DNA from: a virus
Length of the DNA stretch: 64,000 nt
Direction: 5' to 3' (one strand)
IMG/VR virus record: IMGVR_UViG_3300036851_000497
Location: 2,558-66,557 of that record
The position numbers and the translations under genes were made by a program. Shown piece by piece: positions 1 through 9,212 of this stretch; within the stretch, counting starts at the first letter, position 1; each line of letters begins with the position of its first letter. The notes below the pieces were generated by a model. That model worked only from the letters and a program-made list of their open reading frames with translations. It was not told where the DNA came from and did not search any database.

Positions 1-479
1 GGGCGCCCCAACGCTTTGAGTGCCTTTACATAGTCAGCCAAATAGCGACCGTCAAACGAAATATTCGTAAGCGGCGCTGGTTTGCTAGGCACGACGCGCT
101 GCCAATCTGGGAATTTGCCGTCAATCAATTTGACGATTTGCCGACCAGCCGCTGAAACCAAAGCGACTTCTTCGCACGCGCTGGCATCATCAGGGTAATT
201 GACGATGAAATCCCCCATACGGCATTTGGCGGTCGCTTTAACAAACGCCGCGGTCATCGTATCCCACGGCAGGATGAAATTCGTTCCATTAGGCGCATCG
301 TCACATTCTTCCTTGTGGCAGCGAATGATCGTCAGACGATGCCCGTCGGTTGCGACGAGCAGAGTATCTTTCTCGCGCACTTCGACATTCACGCCGTTCA
401 GATAATAGCGAACATCGTCTTTCGCGATGAACGGCTCAAGCGCGAGCAATTTGTTTGCGGGGATGGTGATAGTAGACAT
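1..479 (-). CDS. DNA polymerase III beta-clamp (DnaN)-like protein, runs off the window
   Basis: Not in the ORF track. Manual translation from ATG at 479 (SD AGGAG upstream) gives MSTITIPANKLLALEPFIAKDDVRYYLNGV...LVATDGHRL...KLIDGKFPDWQRVVP, matching DnaN motifs DVRYYLNG, VATDGHRL and DGRFPDY. Confidence 0.8.
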   Translation of the reverse strand, partial: MSTITIPANKLLALEPFIAKDDVRYYLNGVNVEVREKDTLLVATDGHRLTIIRCHKEECDDAPNGTNFILPWDTMTAAFVKATAKCRMGDFIVNYPDDASACEEVALVSAAGRQIVKLIDGKFPDWQRVVPSKPAPLTNISFDGRYLADYVKALKALGR

Positions 480-491
480 TTTCTTTCTCCT

Positions 492-519
492 ACCCCTGTT
501 TAACCCCGAGGTGCAGGTG
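492..519 (-). repeat. 28-nt leader motif copy 1 (putative pseudoknot)
   Basis: CACCTGCACCTCGGGGTTAAACAGGGGT directly upstream of the SD of the DnaN-like gene. Confidence 0.8.
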
Positions 520-574
520 TGGGCGAAAATCGCCGCGATTGCGCCCGCTTGTGGCAGGCGCAGGGTGCGGAGAC

Positions 575-916
575 TCAAGCAACTTTTTTGCGCGGTGCCG
601 CGAGGCGATTCGCGCTCAATGCACGTTGGAATTCTCTGCCGAATGTGTCCAACCCTTCGGCATAGCTGATGGTTTTGCCGATCGCTGGCGTGCGGCCGTC
701 GCGAAATTCGATGCCAAGCTGGACCGCGTCGCGCTCGAATTTGAATGAGAGGCAGCCGTGCGGTTGCGTCGTGCCGCTGTCCGGCACGAGCCATAGGCGG
801 CCAGTATTCGTTTCGAGTTGTTGCAGCACCGAAGCGTAGCCTGCGGCCTCGGCGGCTCTGGCGAGTGTCATGAGATAGAGTCTTTCGAGTTCGAGCATTC
901 CTGTTTCGCCGGTCAT
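575..916 (-). CDS. hypothetical protein
   Basis: ATG at 916 with AAGGAG SD; lies in the minus-strand operon. Confidence 0.7.
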   Translation of the reverse strand: MTGETGMLELERLYLMTLARAAEAAGYASVLQQLETNTGRLWLVPDSGTTQPHGCLSFKFERDAVQLGIEFRDGRTPAIGKTISYAEGLDTFGREFQRALSANRLAAPRKKVA

Positions 917-967
917 TTGATTTCTCCTTGAAGGAAATGGGGCGCCTCCCACGGCGCCCCTGTGATA

Positions 968-1957
968 TTAGGCAACGAGTTCCATGGCGCGGTGGAAGGC
1001 GGCGGCTTTGACCGCTTGCCCTTGACCGAACCAAGCTGATGCGAGGCGGTTGTCATCGATGCGCGCGCGCTTCTCGTGATCGTAGTATTGCGTGATCGCG
1101 TTGACGAACCCCCATGCCGTGCCGTTTGCGCTTTCAAGCTCTGACCCGAGCGCGCCACCGTTGTAAAGATCGATGATGCGATGCGTAGTCGGCAGTTTCG
1201 CGAATTCTTGCGCGTCCTGTTTTTTCTCAAAGACGTCCTCGAATACTTGATGCAGGACGGCGAGCGCTTTCGTGTCGCTCAGTTTGACCTTGGCAAGTTC
1301 CTTCGCTTGCTCGATGAAACTCGCCCAGCTTTGAACGACTAGCCCAAGCTCGGATTTAACCTTGGCGTGATCGAATTTGGTCGAATGCGGGACGCGCACA
1401 TGTTCGCGTGTTGATTCGCCATCGCGAATGGACATCGTAAGCGTGTTATTGCAAACGACGCGGACAGTGGTGAATTGCGCGGTGGTTGCGAGCGAGCCGT
1501 CGCACGCCGTCGCGAGCAGCAGATAGCAGCCCACCTTGTCAGCGGGGACGCTGACCGTGCCTTTGAGGCCCGTTTCGGCCAGTGCCCAGATTTTCTTGCC
1601 GCCGAAAAGCGAGCCGGCGGTGTGCAATCTGAATCCGCCCGCTTCGACGAGCTCGCGGAAGAATTCAAGCACCTCGCCCGGCTGGACGATTTGATACCGA
1701 TTAGAAACGATTGAGAGCGGCACTTGCGTATCCGAGCGGTAAAGAACGACGCGCTCAAGCCCATTAGCGTCAATGTAAACGTCGTTGACGCGCATGCCGA
1801 TGGGGGCGCGATTGATTGAGAAATTGAGACCTGCGGCTTGACGCCAAGAATCGACATCTGCGTCTGGCTGGAGCTCGGTCCCGAGATTATGCCAAGGCGT
1901 CTTGCCCACGAACGCCATGTTAGCGCGGCCATTGCTGAAATCTATTTCATGTGACAT
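968..1957 (-). CDS. DUF932 / TIGR03299 phage-plasmid protein
   Basis: Motifs PWHNLG, AGLNF, YQIVQP, TAGSLFGGKKIWALA, TTVRVVCNNTL, GTAWGFVNAITQYYDH. Confidence 0.88.
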   Translation of the reverse strand: MSHEIDFSNGRANMAFVGKTPWHNLGTELQPDADVDSWRQAAGLNFSINRAPIGMRVNDVYIDANGLERVVLYRSDTQVPLSIVSNRYQIVQPGEVLEFFRELVEAGGFRLHTAGSLFGGKKIWALAETGLKGTVSVPADKVGCYLLLATACDGSLATTAQFTTVRVVCNNTLTMSIRDGESTREHVRVPHSTKFDHAKVKSELGLVVQSWASFIEQAKELAKVKLSDTKALAVLHQVFEDVFEKKQDAQEFAKLPTTHRIIDLYNGGALGSELESANGTAWGFVNAITQYYDHEKRARIDDNRLASAWFGQGQAVKAAAFHRAMELVA

Positions 1958-1971
1958 TTGAATTTTCTCCT

Positions 1972-1999
1972 GCCCCTGAATGTCCCCGAGGCGCGGGTG
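1972..1999 (-). repeat. 28-nt leader motif copy 2 (putative pseudoknot)
   Basis: CACCCGCGCCTCGGGGACATTCAGGGGC followed by AGGAG SD of the DUF932 gene. Confidence 0.8.
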
Positions 2000-2025
2000 A
2001 TGCGGGATTTAGTCCTCGTGATTCG

Positions 2026-2229
2026 TTAATGGCGGATGAGTATGTCGAGACCGTGCGGTGTCCATATTATTCGTTTTATTGCGGGTATTCGGCGAAGTGT
2101 AGCTTCAATTCCGAATCGTTTAACGAGTCTGGCATAGTAAATTGCGACCATTTCGCGGTGATAGTCTGAGATTTTGAAGGCGTGCTGGCGAAGTTCCTCT
2201 GTCCAGCGGATTTGTTCCTGTCTGCTCAT
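2026..2229 (-). CDS. small hypothetical protein, first gene of left operon
   Basis: ATG at 2229 with AAGGA SD; MSRQEQIRWTEELRQH... Confidence 0.65.
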   Translation of the reverse strand: MSRQEQIRWTEELRQHAFKISDYHREMVAIYYARLVKRFGIEATLRRIPAIKRIIWTPHGLDILIRH

Positions 2230-2241
2230 TTTTGTCCTTTT

Positions 2242-2269
2242 ACCCCTGAAAGTCCCCGAGGCGCGGGTG
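2242..2269 (-). repeat. 28-nt leader motif copy 3 (putative pseudoknot)
   Basis: CACCCGCGCCTCGGGGACTTTCAGGGGT, about 11 nt downstream of the predicted -10. Confidence 0.8.
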
Positions 2270-2280
2270 TTACTGACTTC

Positions 2281-2308
2281 ATTGTATAGGAGCCGTAGGG
2301 GAATGCAA
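2281..2308 (-). promoter_or_regulatory. sigma70-type promoter of left operon
   Basis: TTGCAT-16 nt-TACAAT on the minus strand, divergent from terS. Confidence 0.65.
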
Positions 2309-2347
2309 GGACTATTAACCAACGTAAATCAAGGAGTTAGGCCATAA

Positions 2348-2809
2348 ATGAGAGGTCGAAAACCCGTCCCGACGCATCTGAAAATCATTCGGGGCAATCC
2401 CGGCAAACGGCCGCTTCCTGAGAACGAGCCGCAGCCCGAATTCGGCGCTGAGATGCCAGCATGGTTATCCGATGTGGCCAAAGAACATTGGCCCGCCATC
2501 GCGACGCAATTGGAAGAAATCGGTTTGTTGACTAAGCTCGACGCGCCCGCGCTCGCGATCTACTGTGAAGCATTCGTGCAATGGAAAAGCGCCAACGATA
2601 TCGTCATCAAACACGGACCCATCGTCAAACATCCGAAGACCGGCTATCCAATGCGGTCCCCATATTTGAGAGTCGCAAAGGACGCTTTCGATCAAATGAT
2701 CAAAATGATGAGCGAATTCGGGATGACGCCGACCAGTCGCGCCAGAGTCACAACCACGAAGAAAAAACAGGAGAAATCGCGTCTGCGCGCAGTATTGGAC
2801 GCGGGCTAA
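2348..2809 (+). CDS. terS: terminase small subunit, P27 family
   Basis: MRGRKPVPTHLKIIRGNPGKRPL N-terminus; EFGMTPTSRARV motif. Confidence 0.93.
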   Translation: MRGRKPVPTHLKIIRGNPGKRPLPENEPQPEFGAEMPAWLSDVAKEHWPAIATQLEEIGLLTKLDAPALAIYCEAFVQWKSANDIVIKHGPIVKHPKTGYPMRSPYLRVAKDAFDQMIKMMSEFGMTPTSRARVTTTKKKQEKSRLRAVLDAG

Positions 2810-2810
2810 T

Positions 2811-4514
2811 GTGCGCCCTCATATTGAAGCGCTTATTGGCTATGCGAAGGATGTTGTAGCCAAGAAGATCCCCGCTGGCAAATACGTCCGCCTTGCATGC
2901 AAGCGTCATCTTGACGATCTCAAGCGTTCGAAAAAAAAGAATTATCCCTATTACTTCGACGAAGCGGCGGCCGAGCGAATCTGCGCGTTTGCCGAATTAT
3001 TGCCGCACGTCAAAGGTAAGTGGGCGCGCGATAAAGAATTAATCCGATTACGGCCATGGCAATCATTCTGCCTTGGTGTGCCATTCGGCTGGAAGCGCAA
3101 GAGCGATGGCTTGCGCCGCTTCCGCGAAATCTACGATGAGATCCCGCGAAAAAACGCGAAATCAACAATGGGTGCCATCATTGGCGATTACATGCTGGGC
3201 TGCGACGGAGAATTTGGCGCAGAAGTCTACAGCGGCGCAACTACAGAGAAACAGGCGTGGGAAGTTTTCCGCCCAGCCAAACAAATGCTCGAGCGCGCAA
3301 CGGATATTCGCACGGAACTCGGCGTCGAAGTATGGGCGAAATCATTGGTGCGATTGGAGGATGAATCGCGCTTTGAGCCAATCATCGGCAATCCCGGGGA
3401 TGGTGCATCTCCGTCCTGCTCGATCATTGACGAATATCATGAGCACGATACGCCAAACATGTATGACACGATGACGACCGGCATGGGCGCACGTGAGCAG
3501 CCCATGAATGTCATCATTACGACCGCTGGCGATAATATCGCTGGCCCTTGTTACAACAAGCATTTGGAAGTCCGACGCGTGCTTGAAGGCGTCATCGAGA
3601 ACGATGAGCTTTTTGGAATCATCTACTCGATCGACGAAAAGGACGACCCTTTCGATCCCAAGGTTTTGCCCAAGGCAAACCCAAATTATGATGTCTCGGT
3701 TTTCGGGGACTTCCTGCAGGCGAAACAGCGCCAAGCCATCATCAATACGCACGAGCAGGCGAAGTTCAAGACTAAACACCTGAACGTCTGGCTGCAGGCG
3801 CGGGCCGGGCTTATCAATTTGAAGCAATGGCAAGTGGCTGGTGATGCCATGCTGAAAATCGAGGAATTACAAGGTGAGGACTGCTGGTTCATTCTCGACT
3901 TAGCGCAAAAGTCGGACTTATGTGCATTCGTACAACTCTTTCGCAAACGCTTAAACGGTCTCGATCATTGGTACTGCTTCGCGAAGCATTACCTACCGGA
4001 AAAAACGCTCGAAGAAGGGACAAGCAATCAGGCCGCCTATCGCAAGTGGATGATCGATGGGCATCTCACCGTGACCGACGGTGCCACGGTGGATTACGAA
4101 ACGATCAAGGAAGATGTGATTGAGCTCGCAAAGCGATTCAATCCGAAAGAAATCATTTATGACCCGTACAACGCGACGCATCTTGCACAAAGGATCCATG
4201 CGGAAATCGCGGAATCCATAGTGCTCGTTGAATATCCGCAGACACCGCAGAACATGGCGGTGCCAATGGATGAGATCAATACGGCGCTCAAAGACGCACG
4301 ATTGCATCACGACGCCAATCCTCTGCTCGCGTGGGAAGCGGCTAATACAGTGGGTCGGCCATCGAAAAAAGGACTAATGGTGCCCTCCAAGGAAAAACCG
4401 GAACAGAAGATTGACGGGATCGTAGCACTCACTATGGGCTTCGGTCGCGCGATAGTTCAAAAGGACGGCGGGTCAATTGATGACTTCCTCGCGCAACCGC
4501 TCACGGTCGGTTGA
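2811..4514 (+). CDS. terL: terminase large subunit
   Basis: Walker A IPRKNAKST, Walker B IIDEYHEH, ITTAG, nuclease motifs LDLAQKSDL and KIDGIVA. Confidence 0.96.
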   Translation: MRPHIEALIGYAKDVVAKKIPAGKYVRLACKRHLDDLKRSKKKNYPYYFDEAAAERICAFAELLPHVKGKWARDKELIRLRPWQSFCLGVPFGWKRKSDGLRRFREIYDEIPRKNAKSTMGAIIGDYMLGCDGEFGAEVYSGATTEKQAWEVFRPAKQMLERATDIRTELGVEVWAKSLVRLEDESRFEPIIGNPGDGASPSCSIIDEYHEHDTPNMYDTMTTGMGAREQPMNVIITTAGDNIAGPCYNKHLEVRRVLEGVIENDELFGIIYSIDEKDDPFDPKVLPKANPNYDVSVFGDFLQAKQRQAIINTHEQAKFKTKHLNVWLQARAGLINLKQWQVAGDAMLKIEELQGEDCWFILDLAQKSDLCAFVQLFRKRLNGLDHWYCFAKHYLPEKTLEEGTSNQAAYRKWMIDGHLTVTDGATVDYETIKEDVIELAKRFNPKEIIYDPYNATHLAQRIHAEIAESIVLVEYPQTPQNMAVPMDEINTALKDARLHHDANPLLAWEAANTVGRPSKKGLMVPSKEKPEQKIDGIVALTMGFGRAIVQKDGGSIDDFLAQPLTVG

Positions 4515-6118
4515 AAAAAAGATTATTGATGCACAACGCTGCAAATTATTTGCTAGTCCCAGCTGAAGAACAAAAATCGGGCTGGTTTCGCCGCCAATAT
4601 TTCAGATGGGGGAAGAAATTCAATCTCATCGATCCAGAATACTGGAAATGGAAATATGGCAAGAGCTGGCAGGGCGGCAGCGTTTATAGCGACGTCGAAG
4701 AAACATGGCTGCGCTTAAGTGCCGTCTGGTGTTGCGTGCGTTTGATCACCGAGACGATCGGAAGCCTGCCCATCGCGGTATATCGTCGTGATAGCCAAGG
4801 CAACAAGACCAAGGATCAAAATCATCCGGTAGCAAAATTGTTGCGTGCGCCGAATGAATTGATGACGCCGGTTGAATTTTTTGAGGCGATGCAAATGCGC
4901 CTCGTCACGTGCGGTAATTCATATGCGGAAATCACGCGCTCGGTTGTGAGCGGCGAACCTATTTCATTGACGCCGTTACGATCACAGCAGGTCAGCCGTG
5001 TACGCAAGGACGGCGTGCGATTCTATCGTTATTCCTACGATGGAAAAGTCAGAGAGATCCGCGAAGAGAACATGTTTCACTTACGCGGTTTCGGGGATGG
5101 TGAGTTGGGTTTGTCGCCAATCGGCTACGCACAAGAACAACTTGGTCTGGCCAAGGCACAGGAATCCTATGGGTCGAAGTTTTTCGAGAACAGTGCTCGG
5201 CCTGGCGGTTATCTCAAGGTGCCGCAATTTTTGAATCCCGCTCAGCGCACGCAGATGCTCGATGTATTCAATAATCTCCATCAGGGTGAGCCACACAAGT
5301 TGGGGTTGCTCGAGGGCGGCATTGATTACGTGGCGGCCGGCATTCCGCCAGATGAGGCCCAATTTATCGAAAGTCGGAAGTTTTCCGTGGTCGAGATCTG
5401 CCGCATTTTCCGAACGCCGCCGCATATGGTATTCGAGCTCGACAGAGCGACATTCTCAAATATTGAGAATCAAGGTATTGAATTTACAATGTATACGCTG
5501 CGCCCCTATCTCACGCGGTGGGAGCAGCGCATCAATAAAAAGCTTTTCGAGGCCGGCAGCGATCACTTCGCCGAATTCAATCTCGATGGATTGCTCCGCG
5601 GAGATTCAGCCGCGCGCACGGCTTATTATTCGGCGGCGCTGCAAAACGGATGGATGAACCGCAACGAAGTGCGCGCCAAAGAAAACATGAACAGGATCGA
5701 AGGCGGCGAGGAATATACGGTGCAGGTCAATCTGACTCCGCTCGATCAACTTGGTGTGCCAGCGGCACCGGTTCCGGCACCAGCCGCGAGAAGAGAGTTG
5801 CTTGAGGAGGCGCTTAAAGTTCTCTCATGGAAGATGCAGCCACCGCCGCAACCAATCGAAATGCGGCAACCTTTGAATATACATTTGAGCCATCCGGTGA
5901 CGATGCCGGAGCAGAAACCGGTGCAAGTTGATGTACGTGTTGAAGGCGCGAAAACTGATGTGACGCTTATCACTCCGCCTAAGCGCGCGGTTCTGACTGA
6001 AATCATTTCGCGCGATCCGCAAACATTGTTGGCGAAGCAGTCAATTCAGCGCGAAATAGACGAAGAGGAAGCGAATGCGCTCAAAGGCAATGGCGCACAT
6101 CCGCCTGAAGGAAATTAG
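4511..6118 (+). CDS. portal protein, HK97 family, with C-terminal extension
   Basis: SAVWCCVRLI, GLSPI, EICRIFRTPP, FSNIE, LLRGD, GWMNRNEVRAKEN. Confidence 0.95.
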   Translation: MKKRLLMHNAANYLLVPAEEQKSGWFRRQYFRWGKKFNLIDPEYWKWKYGKSWQGGSVYSDVEETWLRLSAVWCCVRLITETIGSLPIAVYRRDSQGNKTKDQNHPVAKLLRAPNELMTPVEFFEAMQMRLVTCGNSYAEITRSVVSGEPISLTPLRSQQVSRVRKDGVRFYRYSYDGKVREIREENMFHLRGFGDGELGLSPIGYAQEQLGLAKAQESYGSKFFENSARPGGYLKVPQFLNPAQRTQMLDVFNNLHQGEPHKLGLLEGGIDYVAAGIPPDEAQFIESRKFSVVEICRIFRTPPHMVFELDRATFSNIENQGIEFTMYTLRPYLTRWEQRINKKLFEAGSDHFAEFNLDGLLRGDSAARTAYYSAALQNGWMNRNEVRAKENMNRIEGGEEYTVQVNLTPLDQLGVPAAPVPAPAARRELLEEALKVLSWKMQPPPQPIEMRQPLNIHLSHPVTMPEQKPVQVDVRVEGAKTDVTLITPPKRAVLTEIISRDPQTLLAKQSIQREIDEEEANALKGNGAHPPEGN

Positions 6119-6499
6119 ATGGCTGTCGTTTACCGCGCGAGCCTGAAAAACACTCGTCTCGCCGCAGTCCGCGATGACATTGATTCCGGCGCGGAAGCTG
6201 GAACGCTTGAAATCCTAGATTCAGATGACGTGATTCTGGTCGGCTACCTGCTCGAGGATCCTTGCGCCAATGTAGTGAATGGCGTGCTCATCTTCAGCGG
6301 CTTTCCGAAAACGAGCAGCAACATCGCAATCGGAAGCGCATCAATGGCGCGGATAAAGGAATCTGGCGGCGGCATTGTCGTGAGCGGCCTTACGGTGGGC
6401 GTTGCCGGCAGTGGCGCCGACATTGAATTGACGACGACGAATATCTCGTCGGTTGGGCTCCTTGTCCAATTGAGCAGCGCAAGCATAACGCACGCGTGA
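6119..6499 (+). CDS. putative virion structural protein (head cassette 1)
   Basis: Beta-rich 126 aa ORF coupled to the portal gene. Confidence 0.55.
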   Translation: MAVVYRASLKNTRLAAVRDDIDSGAEAGTLEILDSDDVILVGYLLEDPCANVVNGVLIFSGFPKTSSNIAIGSASMARIKESGGGIVVSGLTVGVAGSGADIELTTTNISSVGLLVQLSSASITHA

Positions 6500-7593
6500 C
6501 CACAACCTACGTTCTACGGGCCGCCAATTCTGATTTAAGCGGCGGCGCGGATTTCTCGAAGCGCTTGCAGGTCGGTACTGAGACCGCCGGGTCGATTACA
6601 ATCTCAGTCGCGGGCAATGCCACTGAAGATTCATTTGGATTTACCGATACCGGACACCCAGATGATGATGGTGTAACCGGAGATTACACGGTCGAGGTCA
6701 GCGTTCTAGGCTTAGGACTCGCGACGATCAATCTGTCGGTGGCCGTCGCGAGAATCAATTCTGCCGGGGTTCAGCAAACAATCAGCGCGTTCGCTGCCGA
6801 GCAAGCGGGAACGCCTGGCGTCAAGACGTTCGCCTTTACCGCGATCAACCTCGGGACATGGGCGGCTGGCGACCGGCTAAAAGTTGTCTATCGCTTCCGC
6901 AACACGCTTGCGCTCACTGGTTCGCTTGACATTCAGACCGGTACAACGGACGCGCAAGTCATCGCGCCGTGGACGATTCCGCCGCGATTCTCGTCCGGTT
7001 CGGCCGTGGATTCAGGACGCAATTGGGATACGCCGCACCAAGATATTACGATAACGTTCACGGAATCCGCGCAGGATGCGGCATTGTCCGTGGACGGGGT
7101 GGCGACTGGCCACACAATCAAGATTGATGGCGTTGCCCAGACGACAACCTACCGCAGCGGCAGTGACACGGCGAGTTGGGTATTTCGTGTGCCGGTGTTG
7201 GTCAAAAACGGGCAGAGCATCACATATTCATATGATCGCTCAGTCGGCAATTCCACGTCAGTTTCAACTGGCGTAAAAGTGGACACGATCACGAATGCGA
7301 CCGTTACCAATTCGCTTACGAAGCGCTTGCGCTTCACGCTGAAGAACGCAGCGGGCGCGGCTGTCGCGACCACTGCAGTCAAGTGCGCCGCGCTCTCGCA
7401 TCAAGGTGGCAACGTTGCTAATGCGTCATGGATGAGCCGAGAGACCAAGATTGTCGCCACGAGCAATGCCGCCGGATTTATTGACATGGAATATACCGGG
7501 GCGGCGGCAGTGGACGCGTTGGTGTATCTCGCTGCGTTGCACCCAGATAGCTCGCCGGGTCAGTCCTTCATCTGGCCTGAAACGGTGACGTGA
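6496..7593 (+). CDS. putative virion appendage protein
   Basis: Thr/Gly/Ala/Val-rich beta-sandwich-like composition; 4-nt gene overlaps. Confidence 0.55.
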   Translation: MTTTYVLRAANSDLSGGADFSKRLQVGTETAGSITISVAGNATEDSFGFTDTGHPDDDGVTGDYTVEVSVLGLGLATINLSVAVARINSAGVQQTISAFAAEQAGTPGVKTFAFTAINLGTWAAGDRLKVVYRFRNTLALTGSLDIQTGTTDAQVIAPWTIPPRFSSGSAVDSGRNWDTPHQDITITFTESAQDAALSVDGVATGHTIKIDGVAQTTTYRSGSDTASWVFRVPVLVKNGQSITYSYDRSVGNSTSVSTGVKVDTITNATVTNSLTKRLRFTLKNAAGAAVATTAVKCAALSHQGGNVANASWMSRETKIVATSNAAGFIDMEYTGAAAVDALVYLAALHPDSSPGQSFIWPETVT

Positions 7594-8060
7594 GTACGCG
7601 CTGGACAAACGACCCGTTGCGCAACGCGGGCGCGTTAACCTCGCATGATCCGACGCAGGAACAGGGCGGGATAATTGTCAGCGGTCAACTCGCTGCGGTA
7701 GAAACCGCAGATACATTCAACGCGAGCGGGACATTCTTAAGTTTTGGCGGATTCCGTGAGGAACAGCCAGCTATCAGCGGCGGTTTAATCGCCAAAGAGA
7801 TCAGCGACGATTTTGTTTGCTGCGGCCAAGTGATATTGGCTGGCAAGGGAAATGCCCGGGAAACAAGCGATGCATTCACCAGCGTTGGCGAAATATATCT
7901 GCGCGGTGCACTAGGCGGAAATGAGAACTCCGATATTTACCAGATTGACGGCCGCTTCGTAAGCGAAAGAAGCGATCAGCCCGCAATAAATGGTAAGGCA
8001 GAAACAATCATTGATCGCGCGCGCCGGATCGATGATGAAGAGCAATTGCTGGCGGCTTGA
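7590..8060 (+). CDS. repeat-containing putative structural protein
   Basis: Four GxxxxxExxDx(F/Y)xxxG repeats; ends DDEEQLLAA. Confidence 0.55.
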   Translation: MSTRWTNDPLRNAGALTSHDPTQEQGGIIVSGQLAAVETADTFNASGTFLSFGGFREEQPAISGGLIAKEISDDFVCCGQVILAGKGNARETSDAFTSVGEIYLRGALGGNENSDIYQIDGRFVSERSDQPAINGKAETIIDRARRIDDEEQLLAA

Positions 8061-8091
8061 GTTTTTTAACCCAACTGAAGGAGTGTAAAGA

Positions 8092-8496
8092 ATGAGAACT
8101 ATCTTGAAATTGGCGGCAGCTTTGGTTGCGGTCATCTTCGCCAGCAGTTTATTTGCCGACACGATCACCATACCGAAGCGTTATCGCAATAGTGCGGGCG
8201 TTACTTTCACTGCATTGTCGGCGAATGGTTCGACGGCGAGCTATGACACCGAAGCGGTGATGAACAATCACACGGTGACGGTTGTTCCGACTGGTGGCCC
8301 GAGCGGTTGTACATTGACGATGGAAGGCAGTCTCGATGGAACAAATTGGTTCACTATCATCACCGCTGCAACCTGCACTTCCGTCGTATCAGCGCATGGC
8401 GTCGATAAGCCCGCGCGTTATGTGCGAGGCACCTTATCTGCCTTGGCCGGCGGCACCACGCCGACTGTGACTGTCAAATACGTTGGCGCCAGATAA
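8092..8496 (+). CDS. signal-peptide protein with beta-sandwich-like domain
   Basis: MRTILKLAAALVAVIFASSLFA signal; LEGSLDGTNW-type motif (MEGSLDGTNWF); AAGGAG SD. Confidence 0.6.
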   Translation: MRTILKLAAALVAVIFASSLFADTITIPKRYRNSAGVTFTALSANGSTASYDTEAVMNNHTVTVVPTGGPSGCTLTMEGSLDGTNWFTIITAATCTSVVSAHGVDKPARYVRGTLSALAGGTTPTVTVKYVGAR

Positions 8497-8516
8497 GAGA
8501 ATTTACCGCCGCGCGC

Positions 8517-8546
8517 AAAGCCGCCTTTTGGCGGCTTTTTCTTTTT
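8517..8546 (+). terminator. intrinsic terminator
   Basis: aaagccgcc-tttt-ggcggcttt followed by T run. Confidence 0.85.
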
Positions 8547-8559
8547 CAGGAGCAGACAA

Positions 8560-9207
8560 ATGCTAACGATGGATTTCCAGATCGAGGAGTTCAAGACGAT
8601 TGAGGCGACAGGCGAGATTGAAGGATATGCCGCCACGTACGGCAATGTGGATATGGGCGGCGACATCATCGAGCATGGCGCTTTCAAAGAATTCGCTTTG
8701 ACCAAAGATGGGCAAATCCGCGTGCTCATGCAACATCAATTCAGCGCGTGGTTAGGCAAGGGGATGCTCCACGAGAACGACCGCGGAATGAAACTCAAAG
8801 CAAAGCTCAACATCGGGGTTCCGCGCGTGCGCGAAGTTTATGAATTTATGAAGGATGGCACGCTCGACGGTCTATCCGTCGGCTATGACGTGCTCCCTGG
8901 CGGCGCAGAAATGGACAAAAACGTTCGGCGTCTGACCAAACTCAAGTTGTGGGAAGTCAGCGTGGTGACATTCGGTATGAATCCGAAGGCGCTGATTTCG
9001 AGCGTCAAGGCTTGCGATATTGAAACGATTAGAGAATTTGAGGGCTTTCTACGGGAAGTAGGCGGTTTCTCAAAACGCGAGGCGACTATCATCGCCACGC
9101 GTGGGTTCAAGGCGTTAGAAACCCAGCGGGATGCTGGTGACGAAGCCGTTTTACAGCCGGTTCATGACTGGCTCAAGAACTATTCACCAACATTTCTGAA
9201 AGGGTAA
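8560..9207 (+). CDS. prohead maturation protease, HK97 family
   Basis: IEGYAATYGNVD, LMQH, GLSVGY, LWEVSVVTFGMN. Confidence 0.95.
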   Translation: MLTMDFQIEEFKTIEATGEIEGYAATYGNVDMGGDIIEHGAFKEFALTKDGQIRVLMQHQFSAWLGKGMLHENDRGMKLKAKLNIGVPRVREVYEFMKDGTLDGLSVGYDVLPGGAEMDKNVRRLTKLKLWEVSVVTFGMNPKALISSVKACDIETIREFEGFLREVGGFSKREATIIATRGFKALETQRDAGDEAVLQPVHDWLKNYSPTFLKG

Positions 9208-9212
9208 ACCAA

